Assembly (NCBI GenBank): GCA_032718475.1
Contig: JAUCBJ010006125.1
Coordinates: 1-47,854 of the forward strand
Direction: 5' to 3'
Length of the DNA stretch: 47,854 nt
DNA from: Nemertoderma westbladi
Taxonomy: Eukaryota > Animalia > Xenacoelomorpha
The translations under genes were made by a program, and so were the position numbers. This document shows, in pieces, positions 10,351 to 21,955 of this stretch. Every line of letters begins with the position of its first letter. The stretch's first letter is position 1. The notes under the pieces were generated by a model, which worked only from the letters and a program-made list of their open reading frames with translations, had not been told where the DNA came from and searched no databases.

Positions 10351-13300
10351 GGAGGGCGTTCACTATGTAACTTTTGTTAGGACCGTGAACTCTTACCTGC
10401 ACTACAGGAAATTCTCTGATTCCTACGTTGGAAGTTGGAGGTTTCCAAGATGGTTGTCTGTCAAAGGTAGTTGGGGGGAACTCATTGTCGGTGTCCTTTT
10501 CGTAAGTAAGTGCTCGATACACCGCGGTATTTATTAGGTAACAGGATTCGTTGGCGTCGGAGAATTCGTCAGTATAGAATCCTTCCATCTCAGATTCTTG
10601 ATCAGTGTCATTTACATCACTGAATTGGACATGTAGTTCGGGCTCACTTACCTGACTCGGGTTGTCTCGTTCGAACTCACTGTGTAACAAGATGTGATGT
10701 TTCGCGCCACACTTTGCACACTTTACGTCGGAGTAACAGGTTCGCCGTTGGTGTCCTGATCTGAGGCAATTATAGCATAACCGCTTATCCCACATGACTG
10801 CACGTCTGTCTACAAGGGATTTCTTTAGAAATTCAGCACACGCACTCAAACGGTGGGGCCCGTCGCACAGCGCACAGTTTGGTTTGATGTTACTCACTTT
10901 ACCTTGGGTAACGTGATGCACTCTCGTTTTTTCTTCGGGCTTTCTTCCGTGAATTCTCTTAGGAGACGTAGGAGGAGTTGTTGTTACCTGTTCTCTCCTG
11001 TCACTGGTTCGAGACTTATATTTACTTACGTCTTTATAGGTCCTGTTGTCATAGTAAGATTTTGCTGTGTCTTTCCCGCTGTCCTCTTCTTGAGAAGCTT
11101 GGCTTTCGCCGTCGTCAGTATAACACACTGGTATTATCCTTCTCCTAGAAACGGGTTTCTCACTTACCTTATTTTCCGATGTTTTCTCTCTGGACTGCTT
11201 TATGAGTTGTAATTTTACTTCACTATCTAAGAAGGACATGAGATCAGCCATGGTAGGGCCTCGTCGTTGCTGCTCATTCATATACAACACTTGCTTGTCC
11301 CAGCATGTACATACTCCACCCTTTGGTAAAGTAGAGACTACGGCTCCAATAACCATGGAACTCTGATATTCATGAGACTTACCTAACCAGTCCAATTGTC
11401 TACAGATCTCCTGAATCTCATCGGAAAACTCTATAATCCCGCTACTAAGGAACTTTCGGGGGGCTACTAATTTTGCATACAAATACTTAGCTATGTTATC
11501 CTTGTTACCATACCTGATGTTTAATGTGTCCCAAACTTGTCTTAATCCATCTGGATGTCCAATAAACTTTAACGCCATTAACTTGGGAGGTCCTTCCAAG
11601 CACTTGATGAGGAATCTAAGTTTCTCTCCGTTAGATAGTACAGAGTTCTGTATGCTATCTTTGTAAAATTCATTGAAAGGTAACCATTTCATCTCATCTC
11701 CATTGAATTTGACGATTTCTCCCACTTTGACCGCTTGGCGGGCTTCTGTTCTAGCCATCTGACGCGTAAAGCTTTCTTGGGCCATCGTATTATTTAATAT
11801 CGAATTATCGGTATATAAATTTATCGGATTATTATCAGGTCTATAGGGAATATCATTAACAACAGGTTTATAATCACCCTTAATAGGGTTTGCTATAGGA
11901 GTTTCTACTTCACTAGCAGTATAGATGCGTGTAGGCTCCACACCTTGCGCATGTAATACTTCAGACCTAACAGGTTGACACAATGTTACAGGAGGTATTG
12001 GTATACCCTTTTGTATATTGACTAATTTGTCGCGTTCCAGCGCGATACTTTGCTGCACTTCTTGCAATTCTACCCTACTTTCCCTTACTGTTCCCTTGAG
12101 TTGGTGGACAGTCTCCTGCATCTGTCCGAGCAGGAGATTCATCCCCCGCCGTCCCTCCTCTACCCACTCGACCGCCGAAGCGGGAGTCGCCAACATTGTA
12201 GCGGGCCGACGCGGGACGACGGGAGACAAATCTTTGATTTCTCTCTCAGTGTCCAGGACAGGGATATTCGTATGGACTGTTCTACCGGGTACAGGCAGTG
12301 TAGTACTGTGTAGAGGGAATTTAGAGTTAAGCTCTGGAAGTACAGGGGTCTCTAGCACAGGAGTGGCTTTGGGAACGACAGGCCTAATTATTTCAGGCTC
12401 ATCAACTATAGTAGGGAGTCTTTTGACCTTAATAATTTGGTCTGTGGGTTCTGTATTACCTAAGTCTGTGCTAGCTAGTTGTCTTCTAACCGCTGGGGGC
12501 AAATCAGGCAATTTGTGACGGTGAGATGTTTTTCTACGCCTGCTTAGACGAGATCTATTTCCTCCGCCTTCAGGATCGGTGGTCTCGCCTTCCTCCGATG
12601 ATGTGTATCCTTGGCGCTTGGGAGTAGATCGACTCCTCATCTGCATTTGACTAGCAGTTAACTGTTTATTTATGCAGTCTTGCGTCTCTTGAAGATTTTC
12701 CAACTCCAGTTGTGTGGTCTCTTCAGACGCTCTCTGTTCTGCGTCTGCCAATGCCATTGCTGCTGCTGCTTTGACTGCTTCCACTGCCGCTGCCGCTTTC
12801 GCCGCTGCTACTGCCTTTCTGTCCTCTATCCGTTTTTTCTTTACTTGTTCTTCTTGGACTCTAGCGAGGCGGAGTTTTTCATCAAATTTAGCTTGGTTTG
12901 CAGCTAACATTTCCGCATCGATTGCGTCCAACACAAGCTTGGTTCCTTCACTATTAGGGCGAAGTCCAGACAGTCGTCTCCTCAACTCTTCGTCTCCTAT
13001 GAATCGCTGATAGTCTGACAGATAGATGTCAATGGCGTCTCTAGTTCGCGGCTTTTCTGCTGCTGTTAATTCGCTTTCCACTTCGCTTTCCACTTCGCTT
13101 TCCACTTGAGAAGAAGTGGCGTCGGTTGATTCTTCATAGGTTGGCCGCTCATCATAAACCGTATCCGCCATCTTCGCTCCGCGTTCGGGCGTCCGCTCAA
13201 CAGTATCCGAACTACTGGAACTATCGGGCCGCTGAGAACTAGGTTCTTGGCTAGGAGGTTGCTGCTGTTTTATAGCTTCTTCTTGATCCCGCTTGACTTG

Positions 13301-13519
13301 GGCCCTAGTGCCTATGGCAGACCAACGGCGCTTTACTAACTTCGCAAATTGCGAAATCGCTCCTACCAACCTAGGTTCTGACACAACCACTGCAGGGGTT
13401 GCCCTTCTTACAGTATGAGGGGTTTCAGACCTCGGTCTGGGATTCTCTACACTTTGATCTGAGAAACAGGCTGTTGTTTCTAGGAGACTATCTGACAGAG
13501 TTTGCCTTGTGTCAGCCAT
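10280..13519 (-). CDS. BEL/Pao Gag plus start of aspartic protease (1079 aa; frameshifted after the protease active site)
   Basis: DUF1759-like KFNGDEMKWLPF...LSNGEKLRFLIKCLEG...RYGN; knuckles CALCDGPHRLSAC, CYNCLRSGHQRRTC and CAKCGAKHHILLH; protease ALLDSGSTGTFI. Confidence 0.92.
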   Translation of the reverse strand: MADTRQTLSDSLLETTACFSDQSVENPRPRSETPHTVRRATPAVVVSEPRLVGAISQFAKLVKRRWSAIGTRAQVKRDQEEAIKQQQPPSQEPSSQRPDSSSSSDTVERTPERGAKMADTVYDERPTYEESTDATSSQVESEVESEVESELTAAEKPRTRDAIDIYLSDYQRFIGDEELRRRLSGLRPNSEGTKLVLDAIDAEMLAANQAKFDEKLRLARVQEEQVKKKRIEDRKAVAAAKAAAAVEAVKAAAAMALADAEQRASEETTQLELENLQETQDCINKQLTASQMQMRSRSTPKRQGYTSSEEGETTDPEGGGNRSRLSRRRKTSHRHKLPDLPPAVRRQLASTDLGNTEPTDQIIKVKRLPTIVDEPEIIRPVVPKATPVLETPVLPELNSKFPLHSTTLPVPGRTVHTNIPVLDTEREIKDLSPVVPRRPATMLATPASAVEWVEEGRRGMNLLLGQMQETVHQLKGTVRESRVELQEVQQSIALERDKLVNIQKGIPIPPVTLCQPVRSEVLHAQGVEPTRIYTASEVETPIANPIKGDYKPVVNDIPYRPDNNPINLYTDNSILNNTMAQESFTRQMARTEARQAVKVGEIVKFNGDEMKWLPFNEFYKDSIQNSVLSNGEKLRFLIKCLEGPPKLMALKFIGHPDGLRQVWDTLNIRYGNKDNIAKYLYAKLVAPRKFLSSGIIEFSDEIQEICRQLDWLGKSHEYQSSMVIGAVVSTLPKGGVCTCWDKQVLYMNEQQRRGPTMADLMSFLDSEVKLQLIKQSREKTSENKVSEKPVSRRRIIPVCYTDDGESQASQEEDSGKDTAKSYYDNRTYKDVSKYKSRTSDRREQVTTTPPTSPKRIHGRKPEEKTRVHHVTQGKVSNIKPNCALCDGPHRLSACAEFLKKSLVDRRAVMWDKRLCYNCLRSGHQRRTCYSDVKCAKCGAKHHILLHSEFERDNPSQVSEPELHVQFSDVNDTDQESEMEGFYTDEFSDANESCYLINTAVYRALTYEKDTDNEFPPTTFDRQPSWKPPTSNVGIREFPVVQVRVHGPNKSYIVNALLDSGSTGTFIDQEHLCWTTQIPN

Positions 13520-14905
13520 GTTTGATTGTACAGTTGAATGCCTACTGCTATATTACAGTTAAAGCAAGTCTAGTAATTCAGTATCACTGTTAGCCTAATA
13601 ATTAATTACCGATACTGCTACTCAGTGTAGCGTGATATATATATAATATATTAGAATACCGGTATGCTTATAGTATATATATAAGTATTATTACAGACTA
13701 GATTTGTCACAGAGTACCGGTATATAAATTTAGCACAAATATATATAAATATATAATAGGCCTATCATGAATACCGGTATACAGCTGACACTTATAGTAT
13801 ATATAAGTATAATTATTACAGAATAGAATTAATTACAGAATACCGGTATGATTTCAGCCTAAATTTATAGAATAAATATAATAAGCCTATTGTAAATACC
13901 GGTATGTCAATTATTTTAAAATAATTGAATTTCTGAATGTTAGGGGTTACTTGGTTACTTTACTTACTCTATTACCGTTATTTGAGCAGTAGTCCAACTG
14001 CTATTAAGAGCTAAGGATTGTATGACAGGCCTACTATTTTATTAATAGATTTGGATTGATTTATGTTATATATATACCCGTATGAGGGGTTTTTGTTACA
14101 ATATTGAAATAGATGTTATTATTTCTGGGAAGTAATCACTACACAAAAGCTGTGCGCTCTCAGTGAAGTGCTACTTATTGGACACTAAAACAAATAATTC
14201 TACTTCCTAAGTTACTTATCTACAAATTACTTACGATATGGGTGAGATTAAATCTCTAATTAAACACAACAAAAATATTACGTACGAAATTTTAGGGTAA
14301 TTTTACAGGGAACTACAAACCAGTCTAACAGAGTGTTAGATTTTCTGGTTATTCCAACGGACAGGATACTACGGTATTTGAAAATAATAAGTAGTAGTAA
14401 ATACACTGTGTTGTCCAGATAGGAAAATACCACCGTCTGACGACCTATAGCCGTATCGCTATAGGTACTACGTTATGTATCACGGAGTGTCCCTACCTAG
14501 AAGTTAATTACCGCGCTCTACCAGAACCAACGTGCCTATTAACCACTTTACAACACAAATATACTGCCTACACACTAATTACCTTCGGAAAGTACTGTAC
14601 ACTAAACCCTAAATTAGGTACGAGTACTTGCAGACTTGTACAACAGATAATCAGTAGTTAAAAATACTTGAACAGCTAAAAGAACCACGGCATCTGCTGG
14701 AGTGACCGGAGCACAAAGTCGCCAGTCTTTACCTACGCCAAGCAGCCCGTATAGTACCGGGGTTAATTTAACTATAACGGTATGTGTAACAAGCACAATT
14801 ACTGTAGGAATAAACTTGGGAACATGAATGTTGCGAATAATCGCATAAACTCTGAATAATAAATATTACGCTACCCGTACAGAATACTCAAACAAAATAC
14901 AAACC

Positions 14906-15431
14906 AAACGCTGGCAGACTACCACCAAGCCTAAATAAACTACAGTATGTGCAGATTCCGAAATGGTTAGTTAGTATGCGTTCTAACACGGTAGTACGAC
15001 TTATTCTTTAAGAGGGGATTGACCTTACAGCTCTGGCTGCCCCAACTTACTAACTGGCACTTTATCAGACAAACTCTACACACGCAGCAATCTCTTCAGA
15101 CCTAATAATAGCTAGACAACAATCCAGCCTACAAAATATCTGAGTAATAACTATTACGGTACCTGAACAGACCACACAAACAAGCACAGACTAAAAACGC
15201 TGGCAGACTACTATCAAGCCTAAATAAACTACAGTATGTGCAGATTCCAAAATGGTTAGTTAGTATGCGTTCTAACACGGTAGTACGACTTATTCTTTAA
15301 GAGGGGATTGACCTTACAGCTCTGGCTGCCCCAACTTACTAACTGGCACTTTATTGGACAAACTCTACACACGCCGCAATCTCTCCAGACCCAACAACAG
15401 TCAGACAACAGTCCAGCCTACAATTATCTGA
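14906..15431. repeat. ~235-bp direct duplication (period 289 bp) in the retrotransposon 5' leader
   Basis: AAACGCTGGCAGACTA...CTTACTAACTGGCACTTT... occurs at 14906 and 15195. Confidence 0.9.
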
Positions 15432-15781
15432 ACAGACTGAGCAGGCTTACACGCCTTCTGCTCAATACTAGCCTACAAATAAATAAAACTGACAGAAATA
15501 AGTAAGCTCCAAAGAAACAAGGGGTGTACAGTCCCTAATCTCTTAAACAGCCTACCGGTATGTAATATCACAATCGAAATAGTACTGATATACCTGTACT
15601 GTTGTAAGTACCGGTCCGGGTGATCAGGCAGTCAGGCCTACTGGTTACCGGTCGACCGGTACCTTAGTCTTGATCGCTTACGCCGCAATCAAGATCCTCC
15701 AAACTGTTATTGTTCTTACCAGAACAATATTAAACTGTATTTATTGCCTACACTGCAATCAAGAATTTTACAAACTGTTAT

Positions 15782-17001
15782 TGTTCGCGCTTTTAAGACC
15801 TTTGGCAGTTTAACCCGCCAAATCTATATGTCTTCTAGGTTATAAATCTACTCCAGCCTATGACAAGTATTGAACACCTATAATAATTCTAACATTAGCC
15901 AAAGCCAGTCTGTGCGCGACCATTCACCCGCTGGATATACCCTGGAGACTGGATTTGGATGCTTTAATTTGATTGCGGTGCAGGCCTAACGTACTATTCG
16001 ATTGATCGTTAATATATAATCTCTGACGAATATTATTCACTTTAGGGAAATATTAGCAGTTCCTTTAGGACGTGGCGCTCTATCTATTTAAACAGAGCTA
16101 TGACTTACACTATACACAACAGTATGTCTTATAGATCACCAAAGTGCATTCTTTAGGAAATGCTTTGTTACTCGGTCAAGCACACACAGACTATTGCACA
16201 CAATTGCACCCTGAATTGCCGATATTCACTGATTTTAATCATATATAAAGAGAATAACAACCGACATTTGTAGGGCCTATTAAGTAGCATTGAACTCACT
16301 ACAAACCACAATAATGTATGTCGCAAATTGTTATATGTAACCGGTCTCTCTAACCTTAGTGTATCAAGAAGATTGGGTTTTCGGATCGTTATCAATATTC
16401 TTCCCAATAATAATATGTAAACGAACGATACAATTAACAACACAGTAAATAGCAGTAAATAATGCGGCGAAAAGCAGTTTACGTCAGGGTGCTTAATCAG
16501 ATGCCGAGGTGCAAAACCGTGATAACCGTTTGATGATCTTATAATTAAAGACGCTCTAATGTCAGAAAACATTCCCCGGCCGGTGTTCTAGGCGTGGGGG
16601 AAACGTCAGTACTGAATCCTGTAATTCTGCTGTACAGCTTTTACACAAAGAGGGAATCTCTGATTGGTCGAATGGCAAAGAGCTCCACGTGGACACAGCT
16701 GATAGATGTCGTCATTTTGAGCTGAGCAGAACAAAGAACCAAGGCAAGGCTCCGGGCAAGCTACACGTGTAAAGCTCAGCCGTTAGCTGTCGTCATAGTA
16801 ACGACACTGTTTCAAGAGGATCTAGGGCGTTGCGTCATAGAATTGCTAATTATGTCCTCTAAAGTACACATACAGAAGAAATAGCTTTTATGTCCCCTAA
16901 AAACACCGGTACAGCAATGACACGGCCTTTTATGCCTGCTAAACCAACTACAGAGCACTTTACGGGGAAAATAACCGGGCAATTCCGCAAAAGCTTTTAC
17001 A
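15782..17001 (-). repeat. 5' LTR, complete, 1220 bp
   Basis: Begins TGTTCGCGC and ends TTTTACA on the plus strand, directly followed by the TSD; minus-strand CCAAT box (plus-strand CTGATTGGTCG at ~16660). Confidence 0.93.
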
Positions 17002-18059
17002 CCACGGTTTCTGTAGATACATTCTTTGTGCTTAGCGGACTTCTTGTCTGCTACCTCAGCGTGAAACATCTTGAAAAAGATGGAAATTTAAACATTCCGA
17101 AATTCTACTTCCACAGATATTGGCGTCTCACAGCTCCTTACATAATCATAATTATTTTCCACATGGGGTTAGAATATCACATGGGAAGTGGTCCCGTGTT
17201 TCCACAGATCGGAGGTGATCCAGCATTCTGTAAGAAAAATTGGTGGGTTAACATATTATACATCAACAATTTGTATAGATCAAATTATAATGAACTTTGC
17301 ACGGGATGGACGTGGTACCTCGCAAATGACATGCAATTCTTTCTTTTAGCTCCAATAGCGATATTCCTCTTCCATAAACGACCAATATTTGGATACATGT
17401 TCAGCATTTGTCTCATTGCATTGAGTATCGTGGTCACATGTATATTAACATGGGCGGATGGAATGGGCGCTCGGTTAATGGATCAACTCCTTCATCCCCA
17501 AAAGAACCAATTTAATGTGATTTACATTAAACCATACTGCCGAGTCGGTTCTTACGCTGTTGGGTTGATCATTGGTTACATTCTACTAAAACACAGAAAT
17601 GCCCGACTCTCGAGAGCAGCTGTCATCATCGGATGGCTATTGGCGGCAGCTGTCGGCCTTTCCGTAATTTTCGGTCTGTATAGATCGGGATCAAATCAGA
17701 CAATCTCACAAGGTCTGTCGTCGTTCTACTTGGGGGCCTCAAGACCAGCATGGTCAATGGCTGTTGCCTGGGTGATATATGCTTGCGAAACTGGTAATGG
17801 TGGATTTGTTACAAATATTCTTTCTTGGGAGTTCTGGCTGCCTCTTTCTCGCCTTACCTACATGGCTTATCTTATACACATAACGTTGATGGGACTTGTG
17901 TTCAACTCCTCTAGAACCAGTATTCACTTCACTAACCTCACTTACACTTATAATTTCATCGGGAACCTTGTACTCGCCTATCTGGTTGCATTTATCCTTA
18001 CACTTTGTCTCGAATCGCCACTTATTGCCTTGGAAAAGATACTTCTTTCAAGAAAATGA
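17002..18059 (+). pseudogene. NRF-6/O-acyltransferase-like copy 1, 3' half (frame still open)
   Basis: Resumes at TVSVDTFFVLSGLL, includes HRYWRLT, WTWYLANDMQ and PLSRLTYMAYLIH, and runs uninterrupted to the normal stop; in frame with an ATG inside the LTR (16890). Confidence 0.88.
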
Positions 18060-19020
18060 AGAAAGTAAATTATTTTCTTCTAAATTGCCTGAAATGAAAA
18101 CGGTAGAAAATCACATTAATACCGTTTAAGCTCTAAATATAATATAGACAGTTAAAATAATCAGTATTGATTTATCATACTCATTGCCTCTCTGGGGTGT
18201 TTTTGGATATTATATTAGAATCCAAATACGTAAATAACAATTAATTCACTCTATACCTAGCTAGAATTTACCTCTAATTCATTTCATTTTATTATAAGGT
18301 ATATCATTAGTAATAATTACTTTGTGATTTTTTAAATAATAACTAGAGCATGTTAATGGATAGGCTCATGTAAACATGAGTAATCAGTATGGAATGATGG
18401 TTATATTGAATAAAAAGAAACGCTCCTTACTCCTTGGTTCATTTTGTTTATTCATAGATATCAAAGTTAATGTTTGCCAAGAGCCAAGCCATATATAAAT
18501 TGTGTATATAATAGCTATAAGTTATGAAGTTGACATGGAGCAACAAAGGCCAAATAATTTATGTAGGCTTGCATAGGAATAATTGTATCACATTAAAATA
18601 CATCAGCACATTATAATCTACCTCCATGGGCATATATCAGAATCTTCACAGTACTTGCCACATGCTAATTGTTACTTGCAGCTATCAAATCAATAGAACT
18701 ATCATCTGTCAAGTCTTACACTAGAACTACTACCAAAATTATATGAAAATGAGACATTTTGAGATATTTTTGAATTTCCTCATTATAAGTGATAAAGTGA
18801 ATCAAGAAAATTCGCATCGAAATATAAATGATTAGATTATATAAAGTTAAATTTGAAACAAATCCAATTGCATTGCGGAAAATGTATTCTCAAAGTTTAA
18901 TTTAAGTTGATTTTAGGAAATAGTAGGTCTAAAAGTACAATTACTTTAATGACACTCCTACAACTGTAGGGTTAATATTTTACTTGTTGAGGATTCCTTA
19001 TAAAAATTTATTTTACCATC

Positions 19021-21198
19021 ATGTTTTGTTATTTACCATTGCTAATTATTTCATTAGTATTGTCACTCACAATTGTGGCTGGGCAAGATGATTATCTCAT
19101 TGGATCAAGAGATATAGCCCTCTATCAGAAAATGCTATTCGATAACCTGGTTAATGGTACAAGTCTGGAAACGATACGTAGTAACCCAGAATTAAATGAA
19201 ACTTGTGTCAACGACACAGCGAGACTTTACACAGATATTGTTGAGCGAAAACCGTATGCATTGAGGTTCTTCGATGCGTTAGCAAAACCCGGCTCGGGGA
19301 TAATCAATGGCAACTTTCTATGGATGGGAAGTTGGAAAGAATGTCGAGAGTCAGAAGCACCTTATGATGAAAACGTTCCGTTCGGGAACCATTTCAAAGG
19401 GAGATACTGCATGGTGCCAATAACTGGGTTGACTAAGACTGCAATATTGCCGCTAAGAGTTGGTCTATGTGTACCTGATTCCTGTGATGAAGTTGATGTG
19501 AAAATATTACTAGAGTTTGGGAAAAAAGGAGAATTAATACCAGGAACTAGCATTACTACCCTGAATGTTACGTGTCCTGTCGATGATCTCACATGGAAGC
19601 CCATGGAAATTACGGCACTTGTAATCGCTTCTATCATTGGCTTGGTAGTTGCTGTGGCGACCAGTATAGAAGTTTGGGAAAAACGGGACAATGAAGATGC
19701 AGGGCAAGCAGTAGTAGACAAGAGATTACACGAACCAGTTGATGATAGTTTCAATACCATGCCGCCATCTCGGTTTATAAGGACCATCACTCCTGGGGAC
19801 GATGTAAGTGATCATCGGTCTGTGAATAAAGAACCAAATGAAGAAGAATACCATCCCGGATCTATAGATGAATCTAAAAGCAACCCTCTTATAAAGAATA
19901 ACCCATCAACAACAACAAACAAATGCAAACAAATCATACTTTCATTCTCATTGTATAACAATGGTAAAAAGGTTCTAGCTGCCACTCATACCAAAGATAC
20001 CATAAAATCCCTCCATGGCATTCGAGTGCTCAGCATGTGGTGGGTAATTCTTGGGCATACGTTGCTCTTCGAGGCGGTAGTGATTGACAACATTGCTGAT
20101 GGTATCTTAGATATTCAAGGATTCTGGTTTCAAATCATCACAGAAGCCACGGTTTCTGTAGATACATTCTTTGTGCTTAGTGGTCTTCTCGTATGCTACC
20201 TCAGCATCAAACATCTTGAAAAAGACGGAAATTTAAACATTCCGAAATTCTACTTCCACAGATATTGGCGACTCACTGCTCCTTACTTAATCATAATTAT
20301 TTTCCACATGGGTTTGGAGTTTCACATGGGAAGTGGCCCCATATTCCCTCAGATTGGAGGTGATCCAGCATTCTGCAAGAAAAATTGGTGGGTTAACATA
20401 TTATACATTAACAATTTGTACGACACGAGTGAAGTTTGTATGGGATGGACGTGGTACCTCGCTAATGACATGCAATTCTTCCTTTTGGCTCCAATAGCGA
20501 TATTCCTCTTCCATAAACGACCAATCTTGGGGTATGCATTCAGTGGTTTTCTCATAGCTCTTAGTATCATAGTCACATGTATAATAACATCGGTGGATGG
20601 AATGGGAGCTCAATTCATGGATCAACTTCTTCACCCCCAAGAAAACCAAATGAATGCGATTTACATTAAACCATACTGCCGTGTCGGATCTTACGCTGTT
20701 GGGATGATCATTGGTTACATTCTACTGAAACACAGAAATGCCCGACTCTCGAGAGCAGCTGTCATCATCGGATGGCTATTGGCCGCAGCTGTTGCCCTTT
20801 CTGTAATTTTCGGTCTATATAGATCGGGAGAAAATCAGACAATCTCACAAGGTCTGTCGTCGTTCTACTTGGGGGCCTCAAGACCAGCATGGTCAATGGC
20901 TGTTGCCTGGGTGATATATGCTTGCGAAACTGGTAATGGTGGATTTGTTACAAATATTCTTTCTTGGGAGTTCTGGCTGCCTCTTTCTCGCCTTACCTAC
21001 ATGGCTTATCTTATACACATAACGTTGATGGGACTTGTGTTCAACTCCTCTAGAACCAGTATTCACTTCACTAACCTCACTTACACTTATAACTTCATCG
21101 GGAACCTTGTACTCGCCTATCTGGTTGCATTTATTCTTACACTTTGTCTCGAGTCGCCACTGATTGGGCTGGAAAAGATACTTCTTCCACGAAAATGA
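19021..21198 (+). CDS. Nose-resistant-to-fluoxetine-6 (NRF-6) / O-acyltransferase-like membrane protein, copy 2; single coding exon
   Basis: Signal peptide; NRF domain (ALRFFDALAKPGSGIINGNFLWMGSWKEC...GRYC...GLCVPDSC); Acyl_transf_3 motifs LHGIRVLSMWWVILGH, VDTFFVLSG, HRYWRLT, WYLANDMQ, YIKPYCR and LSRLTY; 725 aa intact. Confidence 0.93.
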   Translation: MFCYLPLLIISLVLSLTIVAGQDDYLIGSRDIALYQKMLFDNLVNGTSLETIRSNPELNETCVNDTARLYTDIVERKPYALRFFDALAKPGSGIINGNFLWMGSWKECRESEAPYDENVPFGNHFKGRYCMVPITGLTKTAILPLRVGLCVPDSCDEVDVKILLEFGKKGELIPGTSITTLNVTCPVDDLTWKPMEITALVIASIIGLVVAVATSIEVWEKRDNEDAGQAVVDKRLHEPVDDSFNTMPPSRFIRTITPGDDVSDHRSVNKEPNEEEYHPGSIDESKSNPLIKNNPSTTTNKCKQIILSFSLYNNGKKVLAATHTKDTIKSLHGIRVLSMWWVILGHTLLFEAVVIDNIADGILDIQGFWFQIITEATVSVDTFFVLSGLLVCYLSIKHLEKDGNLNIPKFYFHRYWRLTAPYLIIIIFHMGLEFHMGSGPIFPQIGGDPAFCKKNWWVNILYINNLYDTSEVCMGWTWYLANDMQFFLLAPIAIFLFHKRPILGYAFSGFLIALSIIVTCIITSVDGMGAQFMDQLLHPQENQMNAIYIKPYCRVGSYAVGMIIGYILLKHRNARLSRAAVIIGWLLAAAVALSVIFGLYRSGENQTISQGLSSFYLGASRPAWSMAVAWVIYACETGNGGFVTNILSWEFWLPLSRLTYMAYLIHITLMGLVFNSSRTSIHFTNLTYTYNFIGNLVLAYLVAFILTLCLESPLIGLEKILLPRK

Positions 21199-21719
21199 AG
21201 CAAATCATTTTCTTCTGGATCGAGTGAAATAAAAACTGTAAAAATCCCAATAATTGCAGTAAAGTTATAATTATAATATAGTTGGTTAATATAACCAGTA
21301 CTGTTGAGTTTTTCATGTTCATTGCCTCATATGGTATTGGAAAGTAGACAGGAATCAATTAACTCACTTAACCACGCATTTACCTCTATAATTTACATTT
21401 GGTTAGAAATATCATTAGTAATAATTACATTATTAATTTGTAACAATAACTATGATATTAAATATCAAATCAATTATACTATCTAATGTGAAGTCTCACA
21501 CCTGAATTACTACCAAACTTACATACATAATAGTTTGTTAAATACACAAATTAGAGACATTAGCCATTAGGAGATATTTTTAAACCTCCATATTATGAGT
21601 GTTAAAAAAATAAAATCCCTTTTGCAATATATATGATTAGGCCTACGTAAAGTTAAATTTGAATGAAATCCAAATACATGCGGAAATAGGATTAAGTAAT
21701 TTATAGGAAATAGTAGGCC

Positions 21720-21860
21720 AGTTAAACTGTGAGTACCAGTTAAATAATTGGGAGCAAATCTTGGGATAGGAGTATCACCCACCCCTACCTTCGGGTAGCA
21801 GCTATCGAATAAGAGGAGCCCTCGGGTAGCCTCCGGTCTCGGCTGACTGCTTGCTTGCTT
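21720..21860 (+). mobile_element. 5'-truncated SINE/LINE 3' tail with (GCTT)n end and 7-bp TSD
   Basis: GTAGGCC at 21713-21719 and 21861-21867; absent from the homologous spacer of copy 2 (GGAAATAGTAGGTCTAAAAGTAC, ~18916); ends in TGCTTGCTTGCTT. Confidence 0.75.
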
Positions 21861-21955
21861 GTAGGCCTAAAGTACCATCACCCGTATTGACATTCATACT
21901 GTAGGGTTAATATTTTACTTGTTGAGGATTCTTCATAAAAATTCATTTTCCCATC

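Larger units (their letters stand above)
7477..17001 (-). mobile_element. BEL/Pao LTR retrotransposon, internally deleted and non-autonomous, inserted antisense into acyltransferase copy 1
   Basis: TGT...ACA termini; 5-bp TSD CCACG at 7472-7476 and 17002-17006; removing the element restores GCCACGGTTTCTGTAGA as in copies 2 and 3; direct LTRs; BEL-type Gag with three zinc knuckles and an aspartic protease. Confidence 0.95.
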
